Source: an uncultured bacterium
GTDB taxonomy: Bacteria; Cyanobacteriota; Vampirovibrionia; Gastranaerophilales; Gastranaerophilaceae
Length of the DNA: 64,000 nucleotides
Assembly: GCA_949294335.1 (NCBI GenBank)
Contig: CASFGO010000011.1
Coordinates: forward strand, 39,670 to 103,669
Direction: 5' to 3'
The notes under the pieces are model-generated. The model searched no databases. It had not been told where the DNA came from and was given only the letters and a program-made list of their open reading frames with translations. This document shows positions 48,891 to 58,813 of this stretch, one piece after another; within the stretch, counting starts at the first letter, position 1; each line of letters starts with the position of its first letter. Position numbers and translations under genes: made by a program.

Positions 48891-49724
48891 ATGGATAAAT
48901 TAATTGAGAATTTAAAAGAATTAGGATTTAATACATACGAATCAAAAGTATATGTTGCTCTATTAAAGAAGCATCCCTCAACAGGATACGAAGTAAGTAA
49001 AATTGCAAATATACCTCAAGCTAGAACATATGATACCTTAAAAGCCCTTTTAGAAAAAAAGGTTATCATATCAACAAGCAACAAACCTGCAGAATATTCC
49101 CCAATTAATCCTAAGGAATTAACTAAACAATTTAAAAGAAAAATGCTTTCTACTATTGAATATCTTGATTCTCACTTGCCAGAAGTCAGAGAAGATTATT
49201 ACGAACCTGTTTTAAATTTAAAAGGCGAAATTAATATTAAAAAGAAAGCTAATGAAATTATAAAATCAGCTCAAAAAGAAATTTATGTTGAAATTTGGCC
49301 ACAAGATTTCCCTGAAATAGAAGAAGAACTATTTAAAGCATATGATAGAAACGTAGAAGTAAGAGTTGTTGCATATGGTAACCTTAAGCCTAATTTTGGA
49401 TTAATATATGAGCATCCTTTTTCTAAAAATATAGAAAACTCATTGGATGGAAGAATGATAATTCTATGTGTAGATAACAAAGAAGCATTAATGGGAAAAA
49501 TACATTCTTCTAAACCTGATGCAACAAATGTTATGTGGACTAAAAATACAGATATTATATTTCTAATTAAAGAACTTATAGTCCATGATATGTACCTTTT
49601 AGATATACAAGAAACCTTGTTTGAAGAATTAAAGTATACGTATGGAAAAGGATTTAAAAGATTACACGACAAAATTCTTGGTGTTAATAATCCTTATAAC
49701 ATACATTCTTTTACATCTAAATAA
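48891..49724 (+). CDS. TrmB-family transcriptional regulator
   Basis: N-terminal LGFNTYESKVYVALLKKHPSTGYEVSKIANIPQARTYDTLKALLEKKVI is the TrmB wHTH pattern, with a C-terminal TrmB-type effector region. It is divergent from the decarboxylase gene. Confidence 0.8.
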   Translation: MDKLIENLKELGFNTYESKVYVALLKKHPSTGYEVSKIANIPQARTYDTLKALLEKKVIISTSNKPAEYSPINPKELTKQFKRKMLSTIEYLDSHLPEVREDYYEPVLNLKGEINIKKKANEIIKSAQKEIYVEIWPQDFPEIEEELFKAYDRNVEVRVVAYGNLKPNFGLIYEHPFSKNIENSLDGRMIILCVDNKEALMGKIHSSKPDATNVMWTKNTDIIFLIKELIVHDMYLLDIQETLFEELKYTYGKGFKRLHDKILGVNNPYNIHSFTSK

Positions 49725-50190
49725 ATTGTTTAATTATTAATGGGATTAATTCATCAATAAAGCAAACAAAAAATGCTATAAACATGATTGTTGCAAAAAC
49801 TTTTTGCATATCAGAAAATAAAAACTCTTTTTTATTTTCTCTAAATTCATCAATAGCATTATGCTCCATGGTATATGGTTGAACAGGTAGTTGTTTTTCG
49901 ATTTCTTCAATAACCCTTGAAAACTTTATTTTTATAAGAAGATTATATGAATCCATATTCATCCACCACAAAACACAAACCCCAACCCCTATAATTGAAA
50001 AAATAAATGGTAATGATATAGAATAAACAAAAGCAACATTTTTAGTTAGATTAACAAGTAATAACAAAACAATTACAAGGATCATATAAAAACGATTAAC
50101 ACGGAAGCTTCTCTTTATAAAAGCATCTTTTTGCTCAGTATAAAGTTTATATTGCTGCATTATTAAATTTAGTTTTTCTGATTCGTACAT
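49717..50190 (-). CDS. Small integral membrane protein (3 predicted TM), possibly RipA-like family
   Basis: TM segments are FYMILVIVLLLLVNL, LPFIFSIIGVGVCVLWWM and VFATIMFIAFFVCFI. The WW...SYNLLIKIKFSRVIEEIEKQLP stretch resembles a widespread small-membrane-protein family; this attribution is from memory only. It starts 7 nt after the ftsH stop. Confidence 0.5.
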   Translation of the reverse strand: MYESEKLNLIMQQYKLYTEQKDAFIKRSFRVNRFYMILVIVLLLLVNLTKNVAFVYSISLPFIFSIIGVGVCVLWWMNMDSYNLLIKIKFSRVIEEIEKQLPVQPYTMEHNAIDEFRENKKEFLFSDMQKVFATIMFIAFFVCFIDELIPLIIKQFI

Positions 50191-50196
50191 AATCTT

Positions 50197-52083
50197 CTAT
50201 CCTTCTATATGATTTTCTCTTCTTCTATAAACTTCGTTCATTAAATCATCAAATTCTTTTTCATCAAGAGTTTCTCTTTCAAGCAGAGCTTTCGAAATAA
50301 ATTCTAACATATCTCTATTTTGAGATAATAAATCTTTAGCAATTTGATATCTTTCATCAACAATGCGTTTGATTTCTTTATCTATTTCAGCGGCAATTTC
50401 TTCAGAGAAGTTTCTTGTATGTCCAAAGTCACGTCCCATAAATACATGCTCTTCAGATTTACCATAAGTAAGATTACCCATTTTTTCGCTCATACCATAA
50501 GAAGTAACCATTTTTCTTGCGATATCAGAAACTTTTTCAAGGTCATTAGATGCTCCAGTTGTTACAGATTCTCCTCCATAAATAATTTCTTCGGCAACAC
50601 GACCACCTAAAGTCATAGTTATTCTATCTAATAATTGAGATTTTTTCATTGTTAGATAATCTTTTTCTGGTAATGTAAGTGTTATACCTAAAGCCATACC
50701 ACGAGGGATTATGGATACCTTGTGTAACGGGTCACAGTTTTCAAGAAGTTTTGCTAATAATGCGTGACCAACTTCATGGTATGCAGTATTTGTTTTTTCT
50801 TCTTCTGATATAATTCTGCTTTTCTTTTCAGGTCCAGCCATAACTTTATCAATAGCTTCTTCTAAATCCGGCATATTAATTTCTGTTTTATCATGTCTTG
50901 CTGCAAGAAGAGCAGCTTCATTAAGCAAATTTTGTAAATCAGCCCCTGTAAAACCTGGAGTTCTTTTTGCTAAAACTTTTAAATCAACTTCACTAGCTAA
51001 AGGTTTATTTTCAGCATGAACATTAAGAATTTGTTCACGACCTAAAACATCAGGTTTATTAATAACAATTTGTCTATCAAAACGCCCAGGTCTTAATAAA
51101 GCATTATCTAAAATATCAGGTCTATTAGTTGCAGCAATAACTATGATGTTTGTATTTTTATCAAAACCATCCATTTCAACTAAAAGTTGGTTAAGAGTTT
51201 GTTCTCTTTCGTCATGACCACCGCCAAGACCAGCACCACGCTGACGGCCAACAGCATCAATTTCATCAATAAATATAATACAAGGTTGATGTTTTTTTGC
51301 TTGATCAAATAAATCTCTTACACGACTAGCACCAACCCCAACAAACATTTCAACAAAATCAGAACCACTAATTGAGAAAAAAGGGACTCCTGCTTCACCT
51401 GCAACAGCTTTTGCCATAAGAGTTTTACCTGTACCAGGAGCACCAACTAATAAAACTCCTTTAGGAATTTTTGCTCCTAATTTCATATATTTTTCACCAT
51501 GTTTTAAGAAATCAACAATTTCTTCTAGTTCTTTCTTTTCCTCGTCAATACCAGCAACATCATTAAATGTTGTCTTTACTTTGCTATCCAAAAGCATTTT
51601 AGCTTTACTTTTCCCAAATGACATAGCTTGTGACCCGCCTGCTTGAATACTTTTAGCCATAACAACTAAAAATATAATAAATAACAATGGTAATATTAAA
51701 GAACCAAAAATATTTATTAACTGAGAAGACTCACTTGGTTTTTTTACACTTATGTTAACATTCGCACTTTCTAACTTTTTCATAATATCCGAAGAATTAG
51801 GTATTAAAACATGATATTGAAGAGTTGGAGCTATTTTAGTAGCACCATACAAAGGATTAACATTTTGTTGCTTAATTTCTTTCTCTTGTTTAATAGGAAG
51901 CGCCAATAATGAATCTTTATCCATCTGAACACTTTTGATTTCATGATTTTCAAGTTTTTGAACAAATTCAGTATAAGTTAATTCTTTAGTATTTGTTGTA
52001 GGACCAGTAAACAACATTGATATAAACGCTAAAACCATTACAGCTAATATAACGTACATACCAACGGATTGACTTTTATTCAT
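50197..52083 (-). CDS. ftsH: ATP-dependent zinc metalloprotease FtsH
   Basis: Two TM segments, AAA+ Walker A GAPGTGKT, Walker B IIFIDEID, the SRH motif and the protease motif HEVGHAL. Start set at ATG 52083 (AGGAG SD, 5-nt spacer) rather than GTG 52089. Confidence 0.95.
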   Translation of the reverse strand: MNKSQSVGMYVILAVMVLAFISMLFTGPTTNTKELTYTEFVQKLENHEIKSVQMDKDSLLALPIKQEKEIKQQNVNPLYGATKIAPTLQYHVLIPNSSDIMKKLESANVNISVKKPSESSQLINIFGSLILPLLFIIFLVVMAKSIQAGGSQAMSFGKSKAKMLLDSKVKTTFNDVAGIDEEKKELEEIVDFLKHGEKYMKLGAKIPKGVLLVGAPGTGKTLMAKAVAGEAGVPFFSISGSDFVEMFVGVGASRVRDLFDQAKKHQPCIIFIDEIDAVGRQRGAGLGGGHDEREQTLNQLLVEMDGFDKNTNIIVIAATNRPDILDNALLRPGRFDRQIVINKPDVLGREQILNVHAENKPLASEVDLKVLAKRTPGFTGADLQNLLNEAALLAARHDKTEINMPDLEEAIDKVMAGPEKKSRIISEEEKTNTAYHEVGHALLAKLLENCDPLHKVSIIPRGMALGITLTLPEKDYLTMKKSQLLDRITMTLGGRVAEEIIYGGESVTTGASNDLEKVSDIARKMVTSYGMSEKMGNLTYGKSEEHVFMGRDFGHTRNFSEEIAAEIDKEIKRIVDERYQIAKDLLSQNRDMLEFISKALLERETLDEKEFDDLMNEVYRRRENHIEG

Positions 52084-52179
52084 AAGCACTCCTAATAAAA
52101 ATAATTACTAAATAAGTATATCAAAAAAATATAAATAGTAATAGTCTTATCAGTTAATTAATTATTTTTTAAAAGGTAC

Positions 52180-52207
52180 TTTACAAAAAAAAATCACCAT
52201 GTATTAT
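52180..52207 (+). promoter_or_regulatory. Candidate sigma-70 promoter for tRNA-Ala
   Basis: TTTACA (52180-52185), a 16-nt spacer, then TATTAT (52202-52207), about 35 nt upstream of the tRNA 5' end. Confidence 0.35.
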
Positions 52208-52241
52208 AATAAATGTAATCAATAATTGATTGCGACCTCGT

Positions 52242-52317
52242 GGGGGTTTAGCTCAGCTGGTAGAGCACCTGCTTTGCACGCAGGGGGTCAGGAGTTCGAA
52301 TCTCCTAACCTCCACCA
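52242..52317 (+). tRNA. tRNA-Ala (anticodon UGC)
   Basis: Manual cloverleaf fold. Acceptor GGGGGTT/AACCTCC carries the G3:U70 Ala identity pair. D-arm GCTC/GAGC, anticodon stem CCTGC/GCAGG with loop TTTGCAC, T-arm AGGAG-TTCGAAT-CTCCT. CCA is encoded. 76 nt. Confidence 0.95.
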
Positions 52318-52326
52318 TTTAAAGAT

Positions 52327-52348
52327 AAGAGCCGAAAGGCTCTTTTTT
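52327..52348 (+). terminator. Rho-independent terminator after tRNA-Ala
   Basis: The 7-bp stem aagagcc/ggctctt closes a GAAA tetraloop; the 3' arm's terminal TT runs into tttt (T-run 52343-52348). Confidence 0.85.
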
Positions 52349-52455
52349 AATGCATAAATATTTAATAAAAGGTTGTCTTTTTATTAATAGGCTATAAACT
52401 TAATGATTATGTAAATATTTTCATTTTATGTATAATTAAATTAAAAGGAGATATT

Positions 52456-53667
52456 ATGAATATTTACGAAGAATTACAAGCAAGAGGGTTAATTGCTCAA
52501 ATTACTAATGAAGAAGAAGTTAAAAATTTAATTAATAGTGGCAAAGCTAAATTTTATATAGGTTTTGATCCGACTGCTGATTCTTTGCATGTAGGTCATT
52601 TTATGGCTCTTTGTTTAATGAAAAGGTTACAAATGGCTAATAATACTCCGGTTGTATTAATTGGTGGTGGAACAGGCCACATTGGCGATCCTTCTGGTAG
52701 AACAGATATGCGTTCTATGATGACTAAAGAAACGATTGAGCATAATTGCGAATGCTTCAAAAAACAAATGGAAAAATTTATCGAATTTGGAGATGGAAAA
52801 GCTATTATGGTTAATAATGCTGATTGGTTATTAAATCTTAATTATATTGAATTATTAAGAGATGTTGGAGCTTGTTTTTCTGTTAATAATATGCTTAGAG
52901 CTGAATGTTATAAACAAAGAATGGAGAAAGGTTTAAGCTTTTTAGAATTCAACTATATGATTATGCAAGCTTATGATTTTTATTACTTAAATACTCATTA
53001 TGATTGTAATTTACAATTTGGTGGAGATGATCAATGGTCTAATATGCTTGCAGGTAGCGATCTTATAAGAAAGAAAACAGGCCGAGATGCTCATTCTATG
53101 ACTATTACTTTATTGATGAATTCTCAAGGCAAAAAAATGGGTAAAACAGCATCAGGTGCTGTATGGTTAGATAAAAATAAAACTTCTGTTTATGATTTTT
53201 ATCAATATTGGAGAAACGTAGAAGATGCCGATGTTATAAAATGTCTTAAGTTATTAACATTCATACCTCTTGAACAAATTGAAGAAATGGCTAAATGGGA
53301 AGGTGCTGATTTGAATAAAGCAAAAGAAATTTTAGCATTTGAACTTACTAAAATGATTCATGGTGAAGAAGAAGCAATAATTGCACAAAATTCTGCCAGA
53401 GCTTTATTTGTTTCAGGTGGTGATGATTCAAATATGCCATCAACAAAAGTCCAATTAGATGGTGAAAACATTTTATTTACTGACATTTTAGTTCAATGTG
53501 GGTTATGCTCTAGTAAGGGTGAAGCCAAAAGACTGATTCAACAAAATGGTGTTAGTATTAATGAAAATAAAGTTCCAGGAATTGATTATAAACTTTCAAA
53601 ACAAGATTTAGAAAATGGAATAAAAATTAAAAAAGGTAAAAAGATTTACCATAAAGCCTTTATTTAA
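52456..53667 (+). CDS. tyrS: Tyrosine--tRNA ligase
   Basis: HIGH-type motif (DSLHVGH), KMSKS-type motif (KKMGKT) and a C-terminal S4 domain. AAGGAG SD. Confidence 0.95.
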   Translation: MNIYEELQARGLIAQITNEEEVKNLINSGKAKFYIGFDPTADSLHVGHFMALCLMKRLQMANNTPVVLIGGGTGHIGDPSGRTDMRSMMTKETIEHNCECFKKQMEKFIEFGDGKAIMVNNADWLLNLNYIELLRDVGACFSVNNMLRAECYKQRMEKGLSFLEFNYMIMQAYDFYYLNTHYDCNLQFGGDDQWSNMLAGSDLIRKKTGRDAHSMTITLLMNSQGKKMGKTASGAVWLDKNKTSVYDFYQYWRNVEDADVIKCLKLLTFIPLEQIEEMAKWEGADLNKAKEILAFELTKMIHGEEEAIIAQNSARALFVSGGDDSNMPSTKVQLDGENILFTDILVQCGLCSSKGEAKRLIQQNGVSINENKVPGIDYKLSKQDLENGIKIKKGKKIYHKAFI

Positions 53668-53682
53668 TTTATAGAAATTGTT

Positions 53683-53757
53683 GCGGGCGTAGTTCAGTGG
53701 TAGAATACTTCCTTCCCAAGGAATAGATCGCGAGTTCGAGTCTCGTCGCCCGCTCCA
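53683..53757 (+). tRNA. tRNA-Gly (anticodon CCC)
   Basis: Manual fold. Acceptor GCGGGCG/CGCCCGC, anticodon loop TTCCCAA, T-arm GCGAG-TTCGAGT-CTCGT, discriminator U, CCA encoded. One C:U mismatch at 27:43. It begins 16 nt after the tyrS stop. Confidence 0.9.
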
Positions 53758-53839
53758 GTTTTTGATTTTTATTTAAAATTTTGTTTATGTTATCATAATT
53801 TTTGTTATTATCACATCTTTGGTTTAGTAGGTTATATTA

Positions 53840-54886
53840 ATGAATGGAAAAAAGATTTTATTAATAAGAACATCTTCCTTAGGGGATGTTATTTTTAATA
53901 TTCCTTTGGCTAATAGATTGAAAGAATGTGGTTATAACCTAACTTGGTTGATAGGTGAAAGAGGATTAGATGTTGTAAAAGATAATCCAGCTATTGATGA
54001 TTATATTTTTGTCCCTGTTCAAAAATGGCAAAAACAAAATTTTTTTAAATCAATTATTGAATATATAAAACTAATAAAATATATTAGAAAACAAAAATTT
54101 GATATTGCACTTGATACGCATGGAATGTTATTTAAAAGCGGTATTTTCCTTTTGCTTTGTGGTGCGAAAAGGCGTATTATAGCCGAAGATGCAAGAGAAT
54201 TTTCAAGTCTTTGTGGAAATGAAATTATTAAAAAAAGCTTTTTTAATAATGAAAAGAATGCTGTAAAAAAGGCGTTAATGTATGCTGATTATCTAAAAAT
54301 AAATCCTACCGATTTAAAATTTTCGCTACCAGAAACAACAGAAAAAATAAGATATAAAGTAGATAAATTATTAGAAAATCTTGATAAAACGAAACCTTTA
54401 GTTGTCATATCACCTGCAACTACTTGGATTGGAAAACATTGGAATAAGGATAATTGGAGAAATTTAGTTGAACAAATTAAAGATAAATATTCATTGGTAT
54501 TTACAGGTGGTAAAACTGATAATGAATTAATTGAATATATAATAGATGGTTCAAATTTTACAAATTTAGCAGGAAAAACAACAATATTAGAATTATTAGA
54601 AGTGTTTAAAAGAGCAGAACTTGTTATATCTTTAGATAGTGGCAGCACTCATCTTGCAAGAACGACAGAAAAAACCAAAATTATTTCTATTTTTTGCTGT
54701 ACTCCAACAGAATTTTATGCGCCTATTGGGGATAAAGATAAATATATTACAATAAGTAGTAAAAATTGTATCCCTTGCCATAAAAGAAAATGTAAATTAA
54801 AAGAAGGGAAGTACAAATGTACTTATTCCCCTTCTGTTAATGAAGTTTTAGATGTTATTAATAATTTAATGAAGAAGGAAAAATAA
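53840..54886 (+). CDS. Glycosyltransferase family 9 protein (LPS heptosyltransferase-like)
   Basis: N-terminal ILLIRTSSLGDVIFNIPLANRLKE and C-terminal ...LDSGSTHLA match the GT9 pattern. Confidence 0.85.
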   Translation: MNGKKILLIRTSSLGDVIFNIPLANRLKECGYNLTWLIGERGLDVVKDNPAIDDYIFVPVQKWQKQNFFKSIIEYIKLIKYIRKQKFDIALDTHGMLFKSGIFLLLCGAKRRIIAEDAREFSSLCGNEIIKKSFFNNEKNAVKKALMYADYLKINPTDLKFSLPETTEKIRYKVDKLLENLDKTKPLVVISPATTWIGKHWNKDNWRNLVEQIKDKYSLVFTGGKTDNELIEYIIDGSNFTNLAGKTTILELLEVFKRAELVISLDSGSTHLARTTEKTKIISIFCCTPTEFYAPIGDKDKYITISSKNCIPCHKRKCKLKEGKYKCTYSPSVNEVLDVINNLMKKEK

Positions 54887-55804
54887 ATGTTTTTTATAAA
54901 AAATGTTGATACTCATTTGGTAATATCATTTTTAGGAATATCTTTAAGAATAAAGAATAAAAATGTTAATTATAAAAAATATGAAAGAAAAGTAGAATCT
55001 TATGGCTTAAACACAAAACCTCGAGATAAAAAAATAATCGCAAGCTTAACATCCTTTCCTCAAAGAATAGAGAAGGTTCATAAGACTATTGAGTGTTTAT
55101 TAACTCAATCAGTAAAACCTGATAAGGTAATTTTATGGTTAGCTGATAGCCAATTCCCTCAAAGAGAAGAAAGTTTGCCAGAGTCTTTATTAAGATTAAG
55201 AGATTTGGGTTTAACAATATCTTGGTGTGAAGATATAAGATCTTATAAAAAACTATTACCTGCATTGAAGGAATATCCAGAAGATATAATAATTACTTTC
55301 GACGATGATATTTATTATCCTACAGATGTTGTTGAAAAACTTTATAATGAATATTTAAAAAATCCAAATAATATTTATACTCATCGAGCAAATAGAGTTT
55401 ATTTTGATAAAAATAATAATATAAAACTCTATAAGTCTGCTAAGTTATATTTGAGTTATAAAAAATATAGAAATCCTAGTTTTTATAATACTATAATTGG
55501 TTGTGGTGGAGTATTATATCCTCCAAAATGTTTATATTCAGATGCTTTTGATATAGACAAAATAAAAAAATATGTTCCAACTCAAGATGATATTTGGTTT
55601 TACATAATGGCAGTATTGAATGGGACAAAGATTGTTGCGGTTGATGGATTTGATATAAATCTTGTGACGATAGAAGATACTCAACAATATGGTTTATGTA
55701 AAATTAATGTAAAAAAATCAATTGGAATTTCTCCTCAAGAAGCATTAGAAAACTTAATCAAAGAATATCCAAATTTAATTGATTTATTAACAAAATCAAA
55801 TTAG
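54887..55804 (+). CDS. Putative glycosyltransferase (GT-A-like, DDD motif)
   Basis: IASLTSFPQRI and ITFDDDIYYP resemble polysaccharide-biosynthesis glycosyltransferases. The start follows the GT9 stop directly. Confidence 0.5.
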   Translation: MFFIKNVDTHLVISFLGISLRIKNKNVNYKKYERKVESYGLNTKPRDKKIIASLTSFPQRIEKVHKTIECLLTQSVKPDKVILWLADSQFPQREESLPESLLRLRDLGLTISWCEDIRSYKKLLPALKEYPEDIIITFDDDIYYPTDVVEKLYNEYLKNPNNIYTHRANRVYFDKNNNIKLYKSAKLYLSYKKYRNPSFYNTIIGCGGVLYPPKCLYSDAFDIDKIKKYVPTQDDIWFYIMAVLNGTKIVAVDGFDINLVTIEDTQQYGLCKINVKKSIGISPQEALENLIKEYPNLIDLLTKSN

Positions 55805-55806
55805 CT

Positions 55807-57357
55807 TTAATTGATACCTTTTTTTCTAAGAATTGATGCTATTTGGATATACAGTTCCTTATTTTTAGCGGATGTATCAATATCACTGGCTTCTTTAATG
55901 TATGCAAATGCATTTTCATATTGTCCAATTGCTTGATAAATTTCTGCCATTTTTACATATAAAGATGCATTATTTACATCTAATGTAATAGCTTTTTTTA
56001 AACTTTCTATAGCAAAATTAATATCATTTTTTTCTAATAAAGCTAATGCATTATAATAATAACCTTCATATTGGTTTAAATCTAAATCAATCAACTCTTG
56101 AGCTGTTTCAAATAACATTTCAAAATCTTTAATACTATTATAATATTCAGCTTGAATAACTTTAGCATCATAATAATTTGGATATGTATTATCTAAGTTT
56201 TCAATTAATGGCTTAACTTCTTCAAATTTTTCCATTTTTATCATTAATTTGCACATAAATGATTTATAATCAAATGATTTTGGATTAAGTTCAATTGCTT
56301 TGTTAATCATTTCCAATGACAATTTATTCATTTCTAATCCAAAGTATATTTGAGATAATGCGAAAACTATTGTTTCATTATCTGGATTTTCCTTATAAAG
56401 TTTTTCTAATTCAGATTTTGCAGTTGCTAAATCTCCCATTTGATATTTAATTAGCATTTTTAATACTTTACATTCAAGTAAATCATTGTTTAAATGTGTT
56501 AATGCATTTTTATAATCACCTTCTCTATATAAAGCATATGCTAAAGAATATTTATAATGATTATTTATAGAATCAAGACATATTGCATTGATAAAATATT
56601 TTTTCGCTTCTTCTAACCAACCCTTTAGAAAATAAGTTTGCCCTAAGTTAAAATTATATTTTGGATTTTTAGGTTCTAATATTACAGCTTCTTTAAAGTA
56701 ATCAATAGCACTGTCAAACTGTAATTCATCTAATTTAGCTAACCCAATATAATTAAGTGTTTGAGCATCTTTAGTTGTTGTTTTATCCAATTTTTTTAAT
56801 ACCTCTTTAGCTTTTGTAATTTGATTTGTTTTAAAATATATTTTGCATAATAAATCTAAGTATTGTTTGTCTTTTTCATTATCACTAATTTTTGAAAGAA
56901 TTTCAATTGCTTCATTGTATTTATTTAATTTGTAATAAGAATAAGCAATTTCTTTTGCAACTGATGTTGAATTTATAAAATCAGCAAATCCTGTTGCTTC
57001 ATTATATTTTTCTTGAATATTTAATAACTTAATAAATTCATATAAATCTTCTTGAGTTTGCGTTAAAACATAGATTTTATTAGCATATTTTGATGCTTCA
57101 GGGTAATTTTTTTTTGCAGAATATATTTCTTTAGCATTATTTAAAGAATTAATATGAGTATTATCTATTTCTAATGCTTTCATAGTATAGTGAATAGCTC
57201 TATCATAATTCTTTAATAGATAATAAATATTTCCCAATTCAGATAATATTTCAATATTATCATTTTCTTTTGCTAACATTTTATAAAATAATTCAATTGC
57301 TTGTTTATAATAGCCTTTTCTTTTAAGTTCAAAGGCATCAATCATTAGCTGTTTCAT
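55807..57357 (-). CDS. Tetratricopeptide (TPR) repeat protein
   Basis: About 13 recognisable 34-aa TPR units (recurring ...Y..A...Y.KAL..DP.N...) across 516 aa. Confidence 0.85.
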   Translation of the reverse strand: MKQLMIDAFELKRKGYYKQAIELFYKMLAKENDNIEILSELGNIYYLLKNYDRAIHYTMKALEIDNTHINSLNNAKEIYSAKKNYPEASKYANKIYVLTQTQEDLYEFIKLLNIQEKYNEATGFADFINSTSVAKEIAYSYYKLNKYNEAIEILSKISDNEKDKQYLDLLCKIYFKTNQITKAKEVLKKLDKTTTKDAQTLNYIGLAKLDELQFDSAIDYFKEAVILEPKNPKYNFNLGQTYFLKGWLEEAKKYFINAICLDSINNHYKYSLAYALYREGDYKNALTHLNNDLLECKVLKMLIKYQMGDLATAKSELEKLYKENPDNETIVFALSQIYFGLEMNKLSLEMINKAIELNPKSFDYKSFMCKLMIKMEKFEEVKPLIENLDNTYPNYYDAKVIQAEYYNSIKDFEMLFETAQELIDLDLNQYEGYYYNALALLEKNDINFAIESLKKAITLDVNNASLYVKMAEIYQAIGQYENAFAYIKEASDIDTSAKNKELYIQIASILRKKGIN

Positions 57358-57760
57358 TATTTTTACTTTCTTTTTTGTTACCTAAAATACTTTTTTTCTT
57401 TGGAGGAACTTCTTTTTTAGAGTTTACAATAATAAGTACTTCATCTTTGCTAGCCATCTTTAAATTATTTCTCGCAATAGATTCTAAAGTTGCAACAGAT
57501 GAGAAATTTTTAATATCTTTTTTAAGCTCAATATTTCTATTTTCAGCTTCTTCTGCTGTTTTGGCAATTGTAGCAATTTTTTGTTTATACGCAATAATCT
57601 TAGAAATATTTAAAATTGCACTAAATGAAATTTGTGCAAGACACAATAGCAAAATTATAGTCAAAAAAGAATAATAGAACTGAGTATGACTTTGTCTTTT
57701 TTGATTTCTTTTTTTTGTTATGGCTGCTAATTTTTTATTTTTAATTTTATTTTTTTTCAT
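57338..57760 (-). CDS. Septum formation initiator family protein (FtsB/DivIC-like)
   Basis: Basic N-terminus, a single TM segment (FLTIILLLCLAQISF), a coiled coil, then LESIARNNLKMASKDEVLI, typical of DivIC/FtsB. Confidence 0.7.
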   Translation of the reverse strand: MKKNKIKNKKLAAITKKRNQKRQSHTQFYYSFLTIILLLCLAQISFSAILNISKIIAYKQKIATIAKTAEEAENRNIELKKDIKNFSSVATLESIARNNLKMASKDEVLIIVNSKKEVPPKKKSILGNKKESKNNETAND

Positions 57761-57794
57761 AATATAAGATAATTATATATGTATTTGTATTCAA

Positions 57795-58550
57795 TTACAA
57801 CTTAAATTTAGTAGAAAATTCTATAGAAGATGAATTACCTGCGCTGTTTTCATAAAAAGATTGAGAAAGTCCTAATTCAAATCTTAAACTATCAATATAT
57901 TTTTTGAGTTGCGGAGTGTATATAAGAGATATTTGATTCTTTTTAACAGGAACTCCCATATATGTTTTAACAGTATCTCTTAATGATAAAGATTTTGTTA
58001 GTTTTATTTCAGGTGATATTCCTAGCATATTTTGGTAAGAACTATTTATAGTTTGAGAATCTGTACTATATGTACCAGTTATTGCATATTTTTTTCCATC
58101 ATATCTTGTAAACCAAGATGTTGAGTATGTCATTTGAGCGTTATCTAATGAAGCGCCATAGTATGTTCCATAAGAGAAATTTCCAGCTTGTTCTTGAACA
58201 ATATTAAACACTGGAGCTATATAATATTCTTCCCCTGTTAATTTAGAAGATTTGGCTAAAGCACTTCTTGTTCTAATTCTTGAATCAGCAAGACTTGGAG
58301 TGTATACTGGTAGAATTGTATTGCTAGGTTTAATGTTTAGGGTGGGTCTTTCAATTGATTTATCTAGTGAAATCTCCTCAAATTCATTAACTTGAACACT
58401 ACCTTCTAATGGTTTAATTTCTTTGGTTTCAGTTTGATTAATGATTTCAGGATTATTAATTATAGAAGGTTCTGTTTCGATTGTTTTATCAAGGCAAAAT
58501 CCAATCTGACCTATAAAAAAGATAAAAACTAAAACAAACAACTTCTTCAT
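57795..58550 (-). CDS. Hypothetical secreted protein, possibly an outer-membrane beta-barrel
   Basis: Signal peptide MKKLFVLVFIFFIGQIGFC. The C-terminal roughly 170 aa show an alternating hydrophobic/Tyr-Ser-Thr-rich strand pattern ending ...IEFSTKFKL. Confidence 0.45.
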   Translation of the reverse strand: MKKLFVLVFIFFIGQIGFCLDKTIETEPSIINNPEIINQTETKEIKPLEGSVQVNEFEEISLDKSIERPTLNIKPSNTILPVYTPSLADSRIRTRSALAKSSKLTGEEYYIAPVFNIVQEQAGNFSYGTYYGASLDNAQMTYSTSWFTRYDGKKYAITGTYSTDSQTINSSYQNMLGISPEIKLTKSLSLRDTVKTYMGVPVKKNQISLIYTPQLKKYIDSLRFELGLSQSFYENSAGNSSSIEFSTKFKL

Positions 58551-58602
58551 ATGTTTATTTTAGTTCACGAATGATATTTTTTCAATAAAAATAAAATAAA
58601 AA

Positions 58603-58673
58603 AGGCGACACCCAGATTCGAACTGGGGATAAAAGCTTTGCAGGCTCCTGCCTTACCACTTGGCCATGTCGCC
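58603..58673 (-). tRNA. tRNA-Cys (anticodon GCA)
   Basis: Manual fold of the reverse complement. Acceptor GGCGACA/TGTCGCC, anticodon loop CTGCAAA, T-arm CCCAG-TTCGAAT-CTGGG, discriminator U. CCA is not encoded. 71 nt. Confidence 0.9.
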
Positions 58674-58684
58674 ATTTGATTATC

Positions 58685-58713
58685 ATGTTAAAAAAGATAT
58701 GATTAAATGTCAA
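58685..58713 (-). promoter_or_regulatory. Candidate sigma-70 promoter for tRNA-Cys (and possibly the downstream minus-strand operon)
   Basis: On the minus strand: consensus TTGACA (58713-58708), a 17-nt spacer, then TAACAT (58690-58685), 11 nt upstream of the tRNA 5' end. Confidence 0.45.
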
Positions 58714-58741
58714 GTACAGAAGTTGGGTTATATAAATAGGC

Positions 58742-58770
58742 TTTACAAATAATGCGATTTAAGTTAGTAT
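58742..58770 (+). promoter_or_regulatory. Candidate orphan sigma-70 promoter
   Basis: TTTACA (58742-58747), a 17-nt spacer, then TAGTAT (58765-58770). No plus-strand gene lies upstream, and the hairpin/terminator element follows about 45 nt downstream. Confidence 0.35.
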
Positions 58771-58813
58771 TTTTATATGATTAGAAATTTACGACGATTA
58801 GCATATAGAATTT

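Noticed and set aside
52349-52455. A T-box riboswitch leader upstream of tyrS
   Set aside because: Only about 105 nt separate the tRNA-Ala terminator from the tyrS ATG, too short for a T-box. There is no T-box consensus (…GGTGGTACCGCG…), specifier-loop architecture or terminator hairpin.
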